In this document: positions 8,625-17,100 of the stretch, in pieces
Layout of the letters: each line of letters begins with the position of its first letter
Position numbering within the stretch: the stretch's first letter is position 1
Source: an uncultured Candidatus Saccharibacteria bacterium
Lineage (GTDB): Bacteria; Patescibacteriota; Minisyncoccia; Portnoybacterales; UBA2143
Assembly: GCA_964403725.1 (NCBI GenBank)
Contig: CAYOHI010000004.1
Coordinates: 1,784 to 50,967 of the forward strand
Reading direction: 5' to 3'
DNA length: 49,184 bases
Made by a program: the position numbers and the translations under genes
Notes under the pieces: model-generated
The model's database searches: none
What the model was told of the DNA's origin: nothing
Seen by the model: the letters and a program-made list of their open reading frames with translations, nothing else

Positions 8625-9326
8625 ATGAACAATCAAGACAAGAAAGTCCAATCAGATCCTTTAAGAGCCAATTCAGGGAATCCTCAATTATTCGGTACAC
8701 CTAACCCCAATGACCCAACACCTATGTCGAGCGGTCCGCAATTCGGTTTAGAGAACACAGACAGCAAAAAAGAAAAATTCAGAGGCTGGATTAACAAATA
8801 CGGCAGCTCTGTAATTTTACCAATCGTTGCCTTGTCCATTTTGGCTGGTGGTATTTATCTTTACACCAATCAAAAAAATGAACAAGCAAAGCTATTTCCA
8901 GAAGATAACTTGGCTGGAATCCAGGAACAATTACCTGGTGCTACTGATGAAGGAGTCGTCGCTGATCCTAATCAGAAAATTAGCCAAGCCCCTAATACAG
9001 ACAAGCCTATTGAAAAGATTATTCCTCAAGGGAGAAAAGAAGGTAAAAACATTATTGAAAAAGCAGCTACTGGAGAAGGCACAACGCATTTAGCTCGTCG
9101 TGCCCTAAAAGATTACCTCAAGGATAATAAACGTGAATTAACTAACGAACATAAAATATATATTGAAGATTACCTTAAAGATGAAATTGGCTCACAACCA
9201 TTAGAAGTTGGTGAAGAAATCACCTTTTCTGAAGATTTAATTAACGAAGCTATAGACGCTTCACTTGAATTAAATCCAGAGCAACTTAAAAACCTGGAAC
9301 AATACAGCGCTTTAGTTGCCTGGTAG
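8625..9326 (+). CDS. Single-TM membrane-anchored hypothetical protein
   Basis: One hydrophobic segment, low-complexity linker, C-terminal domain GEGTTHLARRAL...IYIEDYL. Confidence 0.75.
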   Translation: MNNQDKKVQSDPLRANSGNPQLFGTPNPNDPTPMSSGPQFGLENTDSKKEKFRGWINKYGSSVILPIVALSILAGGIYLYTNQKNEQAKLFPEDNLAGIQEQLPGATDEGVVADPNQKISQAPNTDKPIEKIIPQGRKEGKNIIEKAATGEGTTHLARRALKDYLKDNKRELTNEHKIYIEDYLKDEIGSQPLEVGEEITFSEDLINEAIDASLELNPEQLKNLEQYSALVAW

Positions 9327-9365
9327 CGTATATAAATACGTTTAGTTCTTTCCTTTATATTCAAA

Positions 9366-9394
9366 CATAAAAGCCCCCATTGGGGGCTTTTATG
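9366..9394. terminator. Bidirectional intrinsic terminator
   Basis: CATAAAAGCCCCC/GGGGGCTTTTATG inverted repeat. Confidence 0.85.
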
Positions 9395-9871
9395 ATATAT
9401 TTTGTTCGTAAGAACATTATCTTTCTGTTAAAAACAGATAGATAACAACATTTTCTTGAGCTAGTAACTGAGTCAGACCCAGTTAAAGACTAAAGATAAA
9501 TGCTACCGCTACTAATACAAACTAGCAAGCAGTAGTGTGGGAATCCTTTGGGCACAAGGCCCGTTTCAATAAGGAGGGATTTTGAAACTCTATAAATAGA
9601 TCAAGATTCCCACACTACTACCAACTAATACTTTTATTTTGAAAGGACGATGACGAATCAGTCCTTTTGGTTGTTTTGTGCGACCCTGCGGGGCGCCGTA
9701 GCCTCAAAGGTCCGGTGGCCGGTGGGGCGCATGCTGTATTTATACGATTTAATCGAAGACCGATCAGCTCTGACGGGCGGCCGAGAGGGATATATCCTCG
9801 TATATGGGGTAGCCTCGTAGCCAGATCGGGTATATGATGTTTTGAAGGTTTAAATCCGATTTGTCATCGTT
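9366..9871 (-). ncRNA. Candidate ~500-nt structured non-coding RNA
   Basis: No ORF of 60 aa or more; consensus promoter; stems 9856-9870/9647-9661 (13 of 15) and 9605-9619/9531-9545 (15 of 15); GC-rich core. Confidence 0.65.
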
Positions 9872-9877
9872 GTAACA

Positions 9878-9906
9878 AGCATAGCATACCCTGACAAATT
9901 TGTCAA
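9878..9906 (-). promoter_or_regulatory. Strong sigma70 promoter with extended -10
   Basis: TTGACA-17-TATGCT with TGn immediately before the -10. Confidence 0.8.
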
Positions 9907-9986
9907 GAGTTTTTGCCTATTTTCATAAAAAACAAAAGAACAACAAATTAGTGCTCTTATCTCAAGGGCTTGTCTTATTTAAAAAA

Positions 9987-11288
9987 TTAATCAAAATATT
10001 CTTTTTGAAACTGCGATGCATAGGTCATTGCTCTCTCTGCAACCGATAACAATCCTCGCCAATACTTTCCGCCAACATACATAGCATAAGCTTTTCTTTC
10101 AGCTTCATATGTCTTAGCCGTAGCTCCAGCATCAGCCAACTTAATAGCTGAAGCTGTGAAAGCATCCCTGAAATTCCAAGGGTTAGGAGGATTACTGCCT
10201 GTAACAGAAGCAATTCTATCTTTGTATGACAGCCAAGTGGTTGGCATGAATTGAGCTATGCCCATAGCCCCACCACACCCTCTGTAAGCCGTTGGTTTGG
10301 CTGAAACGGGCTGTGCATCTGGATCTATGCCTAATTCTTCACAAATCTGCAAAAAAGCGTTCTTCATGCTATTACCCATAGTGATATATCCCCGGTTGAT
10401 ATTGCATTGATACATATCATATTTCCAGGTTCCTGTACCGACATTCAATCCAAGACGGGATTCATTCTCTAGAACTCCTAAAAGGAAAGCAGGCCTGATG
10501 CCAGTCTTTGTTCCGGCATAAATGGCATTCTGAACAGCATCATCTAAGGTAATGTCATATTTATCCAGCAAGGTCAGCTGATCTTTGATATAGTTGATCT
10601 CTTGCTCATTGCTCTCGATCATCTGCCTATAACGGGCTTCTTCTCCCTTGGTCTTATCAAGCAAGTCTTCTTTTTGCCATTGCTTTACCTCAACATCCCT
10701 CTTTTGAGATAATTGGACTGTCTTTAGCCTATTCTGAACATCCCTCTGGCCTTCTAACTCATCTTTTTGCAATTGCATTTCATCTTTTAAAGAATGCACA
10801 GCAGCCAGAATCGTATGGATTTGCTCTTGAACAGTCTCTAATGCATTTAATTCATCAAAGAAATCGGAAAACTTCTCATTTTTCAATATTACCTCCAAAA
10901 GGCTTTCCTGGTCATATTGAGCCATTGTCCTTAAGTACTCAGCCAAAAGCTCTTTCTTTTCTTTGATTCTAGTCTCTAAATCATAAATTTGAGAATCTAT
11001 TCCCTGTATATCCAAAGTGCTTCTCTGAATCATTAAATCAACTTGATTGATTTCAGCTCTAATCTGGTCAATCTGGTCTTCTAGAATATTGATATCTGTT
11101 TGAAGTGATTTTGCTTTTTCCTTATTCTGATCAATACTGCCTTGGTACTGGCTAATTTCTTGTTCTTTCTGCTTTATTTGATTCTCTAAATCCTTCTTCA
11201 GATCATCTACGCTGGCCCCGGACACAGAAAAAGGAACCGCCAAGGCGATTAATAGGAGAAAACCAATATATTTGCTTTTTTCAAACAT
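9987..11288 (-). CDS. Secreted coiled-coil protein with C-terminal lytic transglycosylase domain
   Basis: Signal peptide, long heptad region, ENES and GAMGIAQFMPTTW motifs. Confidence 0.9.
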   Translation of the reverse strand: MFEKSKYIGFLLLIALAVPFSVSGASVDDLKKDLENQIKQKEQEISQYQGSIDQNKEKAKSLQTDINILEDQIDQIRAEINQVDLMIQRSTLDIQGIDSQIYDLETRIKEKKELLAEYLRTMAQYDQESLLEVILKNEKFSDFFDELNALETVQEQIHTILAAVHSLKDEMQLQKDELEGQRDVQNRLKTVQLSQKRDVEVKQWQKEDLLDKTKGEEARYRQMIESNEQEINYIKDQLTLLDKYDITLDDAVQNAIYAGTKTGIRPAFLLGVLENESRLGLNVGTGTWKYDMYQCNINRGYITMGNSMKNAFLQICEELGIDPDAQPVSAKPTAYRGCGGAMGIAQFMPTTWLSYKDRIASVTGSNPPNPWNFRDAFTASAIKLADAGATAKTYEAERKAYAMYVGGKYWRGLLSVAERAMTYASQFQKEYFD

Positions 11289-11999
11289 TTATTCCTCCTT
11301 AGGAGATTCTTCCTGTTTAGGAGCCTCAGTTGGCTCGTCAGCTTGTTCAACTTCCTCCTTCTCTTTGCCCTTGTCTTCAACTTCAACATCCTCTACGCCT
11401 TCAACTGGAGCCTCTTCCAAGGCTTCCATTTCTTCTTCGCTTCGAGGCGGAGTTACAGAAGCAATAACTTCTTCTTTATCAGCTGTTAATTTAACAGTAT
11501 CTGGAACTTTAAGGTCCTTAACATAAATATTGTCATCAAAGGTTTCTAATTTAGAAATATCAACTTCAATCTCAGAAATCAAGTCTTGAGGCAATGCTTC
11601 AATCTCAACAGACTGGATACTTTTAACCAAAGTACCGCCTTCAGCTTTAACAGCCTCAGATTCACCGATAAAGTTCAAAGGAACCTCAACATTAATAGCC
11701 TGATCCATTTTAATCTGCTTGAAATCGATATGGACAAAGCGATCAGTTACTGCATCTCTAGTCACGTCATGAATCAGAACAACCCTGTCTTTCTTGCTTT
11801 CCCCATCATCGATCTTTAACTTGATCAATGTAGTTTCTCCAGCTTCTGCATGGGCTTTTTTAAAAGTATTGTAATCGATTAATAGATTTAAATTCTTAAC
11901 GCCTGGACCATATAAAACAGCCGGAATAGAATTACTTTCCCGGACTTTCTCTGCTTGACGGCCTAATTCAGACCGTATTTTAACTACTAGTTCCAACAT
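11289..11999 (-). CDS. rplY: 50S ribosomal protein L25/Ctc
   Basis: IPAVLYG, HIDF, VEVPLNFIGES motifs; acidic tail. Confidence 0.97.
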   Translation of the reverse strand: MLELVVKIRSELGRQAEKVRESNSIPAVLYGPGVKNLNLLIDYNTFKKAHAEAGETTLIKLKIDDGESKKDRVVLIHDVTRDAVTDRFVHIDFKQIKMDQAINVEVPLNFIGESEAVKAEGGTLVKSIQSVEIEALPQDLISEIEVDISKLETFDDNIYVKDLKVPDTVKLTADKEEVIASVTPPRSEEEMEALEEAPVEGVEDVEVEDKGKEKEEVEQADEPTEAPKQEESPKEE

Positions 12000-12044
12000 A
12001 GGTCTATCTTAACTAAAAACACTCTCTTGGTCAAGAGAGGTTGC

Positions 12045-12072
12045 GGGATTGACCAGTTTTCCGGTCAATCCC
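12045..12072. terminator. 10-bp inverted repeat, likely terminator
   Basis: GGGATTGACC/GGTCAATCCC. Confidence 0.6.
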
Positions 12073-12096
12073 TGTTTTGTGTCCCCCCGAGGAATC

Positions 12097-12399
12097 TTAA
12101 GCTGCGGCGGCTTGGGTGATTTCAGCCCATTGAATGAAAGCATCGGTGGCCTCTCTGAGCTTGTCGCCCACAACGCCGTCAGCGATCAGATCATCGCCAA
12201 ATCCCAGGACCTTGAGCGTAAGGACCACGGTATTGATCTCTTCTTCCCGACCCGGCTCGTCATTGACGGCCAAAAGCTCATCAAGCGCAAGTTGGCCTTC
12301 CCGACCGAACTGGCCATCCATCTCGATGTTCTGGTTGAAATTATACAACCCGGCTAATACAAGATTGGTCGTTTCTTCGTGCGACAGTCTGTCACTCAT
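12097..12399 (-). CDS. Hypothetical acidic protein (paralog of 12392-12679)
   Basis: SD AGGAGG; shares RLS.EE..NLVL and LK.LGFGD with the neighbour. Confidence 0.7.
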   Translation of the reverse strand: MSDRLSHEETTNLVLAGLYNFNQNIEMDGQFGREGQLALDELLAVNDEPGREEEINTVVLTLKVLGFGDDLIADGVVGDKLREATDAFIQWAEITQAAAA

Positions 12400-12679
12400 C
12401 AGCTCCTCCTTTTGTTGTGGGTTGATGTTGTTTTGTCCATTGACAAAAAGCCTCTACAGACTCCTCTAATCCATCGCCAAAACCTAAAGCTTTTAAAACG
12501 AGAGTAATCTTCTTAATCTCGTCTCCGAGAATCTCGCTTCTGGCCTCTACTAGAAGCCAATCAAAAGCTTTAAGAGCCTGGTCAGTGAGTCGGCCCTTCA
12601 CTTCAATTTCATCTCCAAAGGGAATCAATTCAAGAAGGACTAAATTAATCATTTCTTCGAGCGACAGTCTATTCTCCAC
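12392..12679 (-). CDS. Hypothetical protein (paralog of 12097-12399)
   Basis: GTG start with GAGGGGAG SD; upstream TTGACA-17-TAGTAT. Confidence 0.7.
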   Translation of the reverse strand: MENRLSLEEMINLVLLELIPFGDEIEVKGRLTDQALKAFDWLLVEARSEILGDEIKKITLVLKALGFGDGLEESVEAFCQWTKQHQPTTKGGADE

Positions 12680-12824
12680 TCGATCCTCCCCTCTTACAGG
12701 ATTAACAGCAAAAGACCCTATTCAATTTACTAAAATACTATTCTACCAGCGACATATTGTCAATATCCTTGACAAAATATATAATATGCTATTATCTAAA
12801 ACGTGAACATTTAATTTTAAAAAT

Positions 12825-13136
12825 ATGAATACAATTATCTCAACCCTTTCAGCTTTGCTGATCGGATCAGTTCTAGTCATTAACGGTGCAAACATTAACG
12901 CTGAAGACATCCTTGCTGATGCAGTTTCAGTCGTAAATGAAGCTAATGTTCATCAATTAGCCACCGCTCTAGAAATGTATTACCTTAGAAACGATAGTTA
13001 CCCTATCGCAAGTGATGGTACGACTATGATCAACACCCTATACAATGATGGCGTTGTCACAAGACTACCAATGGATTCTAGTATCTTTGACTACCAGTCA
13101 ACAGATGGCCAGAATTATACTCTAGAGTTGAAATAG
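12825..13136 (+). CDS. Pilin/GspG-like protein without a class III signal
   Basis: QLATALEMYY..NDSYP matches the pilin alpha1-C region; no G/FTLIE. Confidence 0.65.
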   Translation: MNTIISTLSALLIGSVLVINGANINAEDILADAVSVVNEANVHQLATALEMYYLRNDSYPIASDGTTMINTLYNDGVVTRLPMDSSIFDYQSTDGQNYTLELK

Positions 13137-13147
13137 AATTGAACTCA

Positions 13148-13180
13148 CTAAAAAATCCTCCTGCCTGGAGGGTTTTTTAG
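13148..13180. terminator. Bidirectional terminator
   Basis: CTAAAAAATCCTCC/GGAGGGTTTTTTAG between convergent genes. Confidence 0.8.
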
Positions 13181-13194
13181 TTTTCAAAATGAGA

Positions 13195-13413
13195 TTACTC
13201 TTCAACTTCAATAACCTGGACTGGGCAAATATCCGCTGCTTCCTTGGCGCATTGATTATCAGTCTCGCCCTCATTTGACCCATCCTTATTCTCATCGGTC
13301 ATGGTGCCTTTAATAATAGCCTTGTTTTTGTTATTTATTTCAAAAACTTCACCACATACAGCCATACAGCTACCACAACCAATGCATTCTTCTTGGTTAA
13401 TTTTTACCTTCAT
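13195..13413 (-). CDS. Single-cluster ferredoxin
   Basis: CIGCGSC...CP. Confidence 0.9.
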   Translation of the reverse strand: MKVKINQEECIGCGSCMAVCGEVFEINNKNKAIIKGTMTDENKDGSNEGETDNQCAKEAADICPVQVIEVEE

Positions 13414-14264
13414 AGTTTATTATCACTGCCAAATAACTTAATTTTCTCTTCGACCGCTTTTTGCACCGCTTCTACAACTGGCGGCATTATTTTGTAAGGG
13501 GTAACCCTATTGGGATTCTCTTTTAAAGATTTCTTTAAACTCTTTGTGTAAACAATTCTTAATCTTGTATTAACATTAATTTTAACGATACCTAATTCAA
13601 TAGCTTTTTCAATATCACTTTCTGGCGTTCCTGAGCTACCATGCAGAACTAAGCCAGCATCGACTGATTTATCAATCTCTTTTAATCTATCCAAAAACAA
13701 AGGAGGGTTTTCACCTGATTTAGAAATTCCATGAATATTGCCAACAGCTACAGCTAAAATATCCACACCAGTGCGTTCAACAAATTCTTGAGCTTGCGCT
13801 GCATCAGTTAAATCTTCCGGCTTTATCTCTACTTTTTCAGAATGAATTGTTGAACCACCTCTCAAATATCCTAGTTCCCCTTCAACATTCTCAATTCCTT
13901 TTTCCTTGGCTAATTCAACAACTTGTTTGGTCACCCTGATATTCTCTTCAAAATCTAAGGCTGAACCGTCAAAATGTATTGAATCATACCCAGCTTCAAC
14001 CGCTTCTTGGATAATTTCTAGAGATTTACCATGATCCATATTTAAAATTAGAGGCAATCCAGTCTCTTTCTTATACACATCAATTAACGACTTTAATTGC
14101 TTCTTACCGATAAATTCGCTTTCACCTTGCGAGGTTGATATGATAGCCGGGCTTTTTAAATTCTGGCAGGCTAAAACTATAGCCTTTAATTGTTCTAAAT
14201 TAGAAACATTAAAGGACCCTACTGCATATTTCCCTTCTTTTGCTTTTTTAAAAATATCTAACAT
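13410..14264 (-). CDS. fba: Class II fructose-bisphosphate aldolase
   Basis: DHG, EGELG, GNIHG, VLHGSSG and KINVNT motifs. Confidence 0.92.
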   Translation of the reverse strand: MLDIFKKAKEGKYAVGSFNVSNLEQLKAIVLACQNLKSPAIISTSQGESEFIGKKQLKSLIDVYKKETGLPLILNMDHGKSLEIIQEAVEAGYDSIHFDGSALDFEENIRVTKQVVELAKEKGIENVEGELGYLRGGSTIHSEKVEIKPEDLTDAAQAQEFVERTGVDILAVAVGNIHGISKSGENPPLFLDRLKEIDKSVDAGLVLHGSSGTPESDIEKAIELGIVKINVNTRLRIVYTKSLKKSLKENPNRVTPYKIMPPVVEAVQKAVEEKIKLFGSDNKL

Positions 14265-14282
14265 AAATCTTAATATATCTTA

Positions 14283-14810
14283 TTACCAATTTTTAGCTCC
14301 TGGACTATATACTGCAATAGTTGGCTGAGTACAGCAAACTCTATCTAATTGCCTAATATGTGATGGATTACATGAATTTGATGGATCTCCGCCGCAAATT
14401 GTTTCCATAGCAACATGAGCTATGATGATATAGTCAGTTCCATTGGATCTGTATAGATAACCATATGACCCAGTATCCCATTTTGGATCTATCGGTAGAG
14501 TTCCAATATATGTCGGCGATATACCTACTATATAGTTTGAGTCACAATTCCCATAATTTGGGCAATGTCCGCCCCAATTGCCTGAGCCCCGACAAGACAA
14601 AGGATAACTATTATTGTCGTCATAATACATCTCTACAGCAACCTGTAATTGTTTTAAAGAAGCAATTCTAGTAGTATCCCTTGATTTTGCTCGAGCCGTA
14701 TTCAAGCTAACCAGGACAATAGTAGCCAGCAGGCCGATAATGGCGATAACTACCAATAATTCGATTAATGTAAAACCACTTCTTTTTTTATTATAAAGAT
14801 AAACTAACAT
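14283..14810 (-). CDS. Type IV pilin-like protein A
   Basis: G/FTLIELLVVIAIIGLLATIVLVSL class III signal; Cys-rich C-terminus. Confidence 0.9.
   Translation of the reverse strand: MLVYLYNKKRSGFTLIELLVVIAIIGLLATIVLVSLNTARAKSRDTTRIASLKQLQVAVEMYYDDNNSYPLSCRGSGNWGGHCPNYGNCDSNYIVGISPTYIGTLPIDPKWDTGSYGYLYRSNGTDYIIIAHVAMETICGGDPSNSCNPSHIRQLDRVCCTQPTIAVYSPGAKNW
14695..14777. repeat. 83-nt pilin N-terminal repeat, copy 1
   Basis: 2 mismatches to 16999-17081. Confidence 0.9.
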
Positions 14811-16050
14811 ATCCCTTATGTAAATTATCTATCATTAATTCTTCCATTTTATCCTGGCCCATATATTGACTAAAGATTTCATTCCATAAGGCCTCTTGCT
14901 GATGATAGAGATATTTGGCATTAAAATCAGTCTGGCCCTGTTGTAAGTATACACCATTATCAAACAAATCAAAACTGATTAAAATCTCCGATTCATCGGA
15001 TTTAAAATATTCTCCGGTAATATCCATATTTTTCCAAAAATCAAATCCGATTTCTGGAAAGCGACCAGCAAACTTTTGAATCACATCAGCAGTTTGGGCA
15101 AAAAACAAAGCCTCTGGATTGATATGCGGCTCAGCTAATCTCGGATCCTTCTTATCTTTCTTAGCTAAATATGAGGGAATAATCCGCCAGCTTATCTGAT
15201 TATCATTAGGTAAAGGATCATTAGTTGCCTTAACTTTCAAGGTCTCTATCATTTTTTTGGCAAAATCTTCATCCTGACTATATTTTTCAAAAAGCTTTGA
15301 ATACCAGTCTGTTTCGTGGATATAGTGGAGAATCATGAAGAAAAGATAAGTAATCTCTCCGGGATGCTGCTGATCGACAGGGATAATGAAGGCTAAACCC
15401 ATTTCTTTTAGATGGCTCATATGATGCAATTTCTTACCTAAAAACTTTTTGCCAATACTAGTCCATTTTTCAGGCAAGACCATTACTTTCAGATCCCTTT
15501 TTTCAAAATCATTTACTGTCAAATCCTCATATGGCTTAAAAAAAACATTATTCATCCAATCACTCTCCTCAGCAAATCTTAAAGAAGCAAAAAGTTCAAA
15601 AATATTTTCACGCTCCAGCATCTTATCCACATCATTGCCATAGCCCAAGGCAGCCATAACTTGACGTGGAGGATTTAACCTGAATAATTCCTTGGCCTTT
15701 TCTTCTTTTAAATAGAAGCCATTTAAATCACCGACTAATTCTTTAGTGGTGTTAATCAGGCTACGACAGCCCTTTTCAGTAGAAATTTCAGGTTTATGGA
15801 ATTTATTATATAAATTATTATCAACTTCCCTGGCTTTTTCAAGTAAGCCTTTGAAAACATCTTTTGCTTCAGATTCCAAAGTCAATCCCATCTCTTCCAA
15901 CCTCTCTTTTACGCGCTTATCATTTTTAGAAATAATATCCTTAATAACTCCTTTTTTACCGCTAGCTTTTTCCATTTTCTCTTTCAAACCCAAAACAACC
16001 TCGTCCGAGGTCCTTAGCAACCTGGCTAATTTACTAATTTCTGGAATCAT
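14791..16050 (-). CDS. Hypothetical protein, 419 aa
   Basis: Long ORF inside the operon; HHMSHLKE and LHYIHE motifs; no family recognised. Confidence 0.8.
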   Translation of the reverse strand: MIPEISKLARLLRTSDEVVLGLKEKMEKASGKKGVIKDIISKNDKRVKERLEEMGLTLESEAKDVFKGLLEKAREVDNNLYNKFHKPEISTEKGCRSLINTTKELVGDLNGFYLKEEKAKELFRLNPPRQVMAALGYGNDVDKMLERENIFELFASLRFAEESDWMNNVFFKPYEDLTVNDFEKRDLKVMVLPEKWTSIGKKFLGKKLHHMSHLKEMGLAFIIPVDQQHPGEITYLFFMILHYIHETDWYSKLFEKYSQDEDFAKKMIETLKVKATNDPLPNDNQISWRIIPSYLAKKDKKDPRLAEPHINPEALFFAQTADVIQKFAGRFPEIGFDFWKNMDITGEYFKSDESEILISFDLFDNGVYLQQGQTDFNAKYLYHQQEALWNEIFSQYMGQDKMEELMIDNLHKGYVSLSL

Positions 16051-16546
16051 ATATTCTAGTCACCCCACCAGTTTCTACTTGGCGCATCATAGGCTGGCTC
16101 TGGACCAACCTCGTAATAGCAGCATTACCATTGTAATATCCGCCATCATTTTTAACCAAATGGAAATTTCCCGAGTGTTCGAACCGACACATCAATCCAT
16201 AGCCATAATCATCACTTTCGCCTCCATCATAGTAGTAGTGATAACCACTTGTTGAATCATACGGCAAGGTTCCAATATATGGAGATAAGTCGCTAGCTAA
16301 TCCATTCCATCCTGAAGTATGGCTTCCACTGGAATTAGTATATCCATGCCTGTTAGGATATGCATTATTATCATCATAATACATTTCCAAGGCTAATTGG
16401 ATCTGCTTTAAGTCAGCCATTCTCTTAACATCTCTTGCTTTCCCTCGTGCCGTATTCAAGCTGACCAGAACAATAGTAGCCAGCAGGCCGATAATGGCGA
16501 TAACTACCAGTAATTCAATTAATGTAAAACCTTTTTGTTTTTGCAT
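16034..16546 (-). CDS. Type IV pilin-like protein B (probable frameshift near 16120)
   Basis: G/FTLIE signal; alternative frame gives CYYEVGPEPAYDAPSRNWWGD, stop at 16056-16058. Confidence 0.85.
   Translation of the reverse strand: MQKQKGFTLIELLVVIAIIGLLATIVLVSLNTARGKARDVKRMADLKQIQLALEMYYDDNNAYPNRHGYTNSSGSHTSGWNGLASDLSPYIGTLPYDSTSGYHYYYDGGESDDYGYGLMCRFEHSGNFHLVKNDGGYYNGNAAITRLVQSQPMMRQVETGGVTRIYDSRN
16449..16531. repeat. 83-nt pilin N-terminal repeat, copy 2
   Basis: 2 mismatches to 16999-17081. Confidence 0.9.
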
Positions 16547-16589
16547 AACAAATATTTATTATCCTCGACCTTTTAAATATTAATAAACT

Positions 16590-17096
16590 TTACCAATTTT
16601 GAGCGTTCTTAGAATAAACCGCGATTGTCTCTTGTGTCTGGGAAACTCTGTCTAATTGCTGAATATGAGCTGGATTACATGAATCTGATGGATCCCCGCC
16701 ACAAATCGTTTCCATGCTTTGGTGAACCATGATCATATAGTCATTTCCATCTGAAGTATAGAGATAGCCGAAATAAGCCGTATCATTTGGATCTATAGGC
16801 AACGTTCCCATAAAGTCCGGTGCCAAGCCAGTAATATAGTTTGAATCGCAATTACCATAATCTGGCGAATGTCCGCTCCAAGTGCTCCATCCCTGGCATG
16901 GCTGCGGATAGGAATCATTTTCATCATAATACATCTCTACTGCCAACTGAAGCTGCGTTAAATCACTGATTCTCTTAGCATCCCTTGATTTTGCCCGTGC
17001 CGTATTCAAGCTGACCAGGACAATAGTAGCCAGCAGGCCGATAATGGCGATAACTACCAGTAATTCGATTAATGTAAAACCCCTATTCTTTTTCAT
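16590..17096 (-). CDS. Type IV pilin-like protein C (close paralog of A)
   Basis: G/FTLIE signal; shares METICGGDPS.SCNP.HI.QLDRV with A. Confidence 0.92.
   Translation of the reverse strand: MKKNRGFTLIELLVVIAIIGLLATIVLVSLNTARAKSRDAKRISDLTQLQLAVEMYYDENDSYPQPCQGWSTWSGHSPDYGNCDSNYITGLAPDFMGTLPIDPNDTAYFGYLYTSDGNDYMIMVHQSMETICGGDPSDSCNPAHIQQLDRVSQTQETIAVYSKNAQNW
16999..17081. repeat. 83-nt pilin N-terminal repeat, copy 3
   Basis: Reference copy; a more diverged fourth copy lies at 23000-23082. Confidence 0.9.
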
Positions 17097-17100
17097 AAAG

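Noticed and set aside
9366-9871. RNase P, tmRNA, 6S or retron msr-msd identity
   Set aside because: No GAGGAAAGTCC, no tRNA-like T-arm or CCA end, multibranch rather than rod-shaped, and no reverse transcriptase in the window; not excluded without cmscan
14283-17096. Diversity-generating retroelement acting on pilins
   Set aside because: No reverse transcriptase, the near-identical block is N-terminal, and differences between pilins A and C are not adenine-specific
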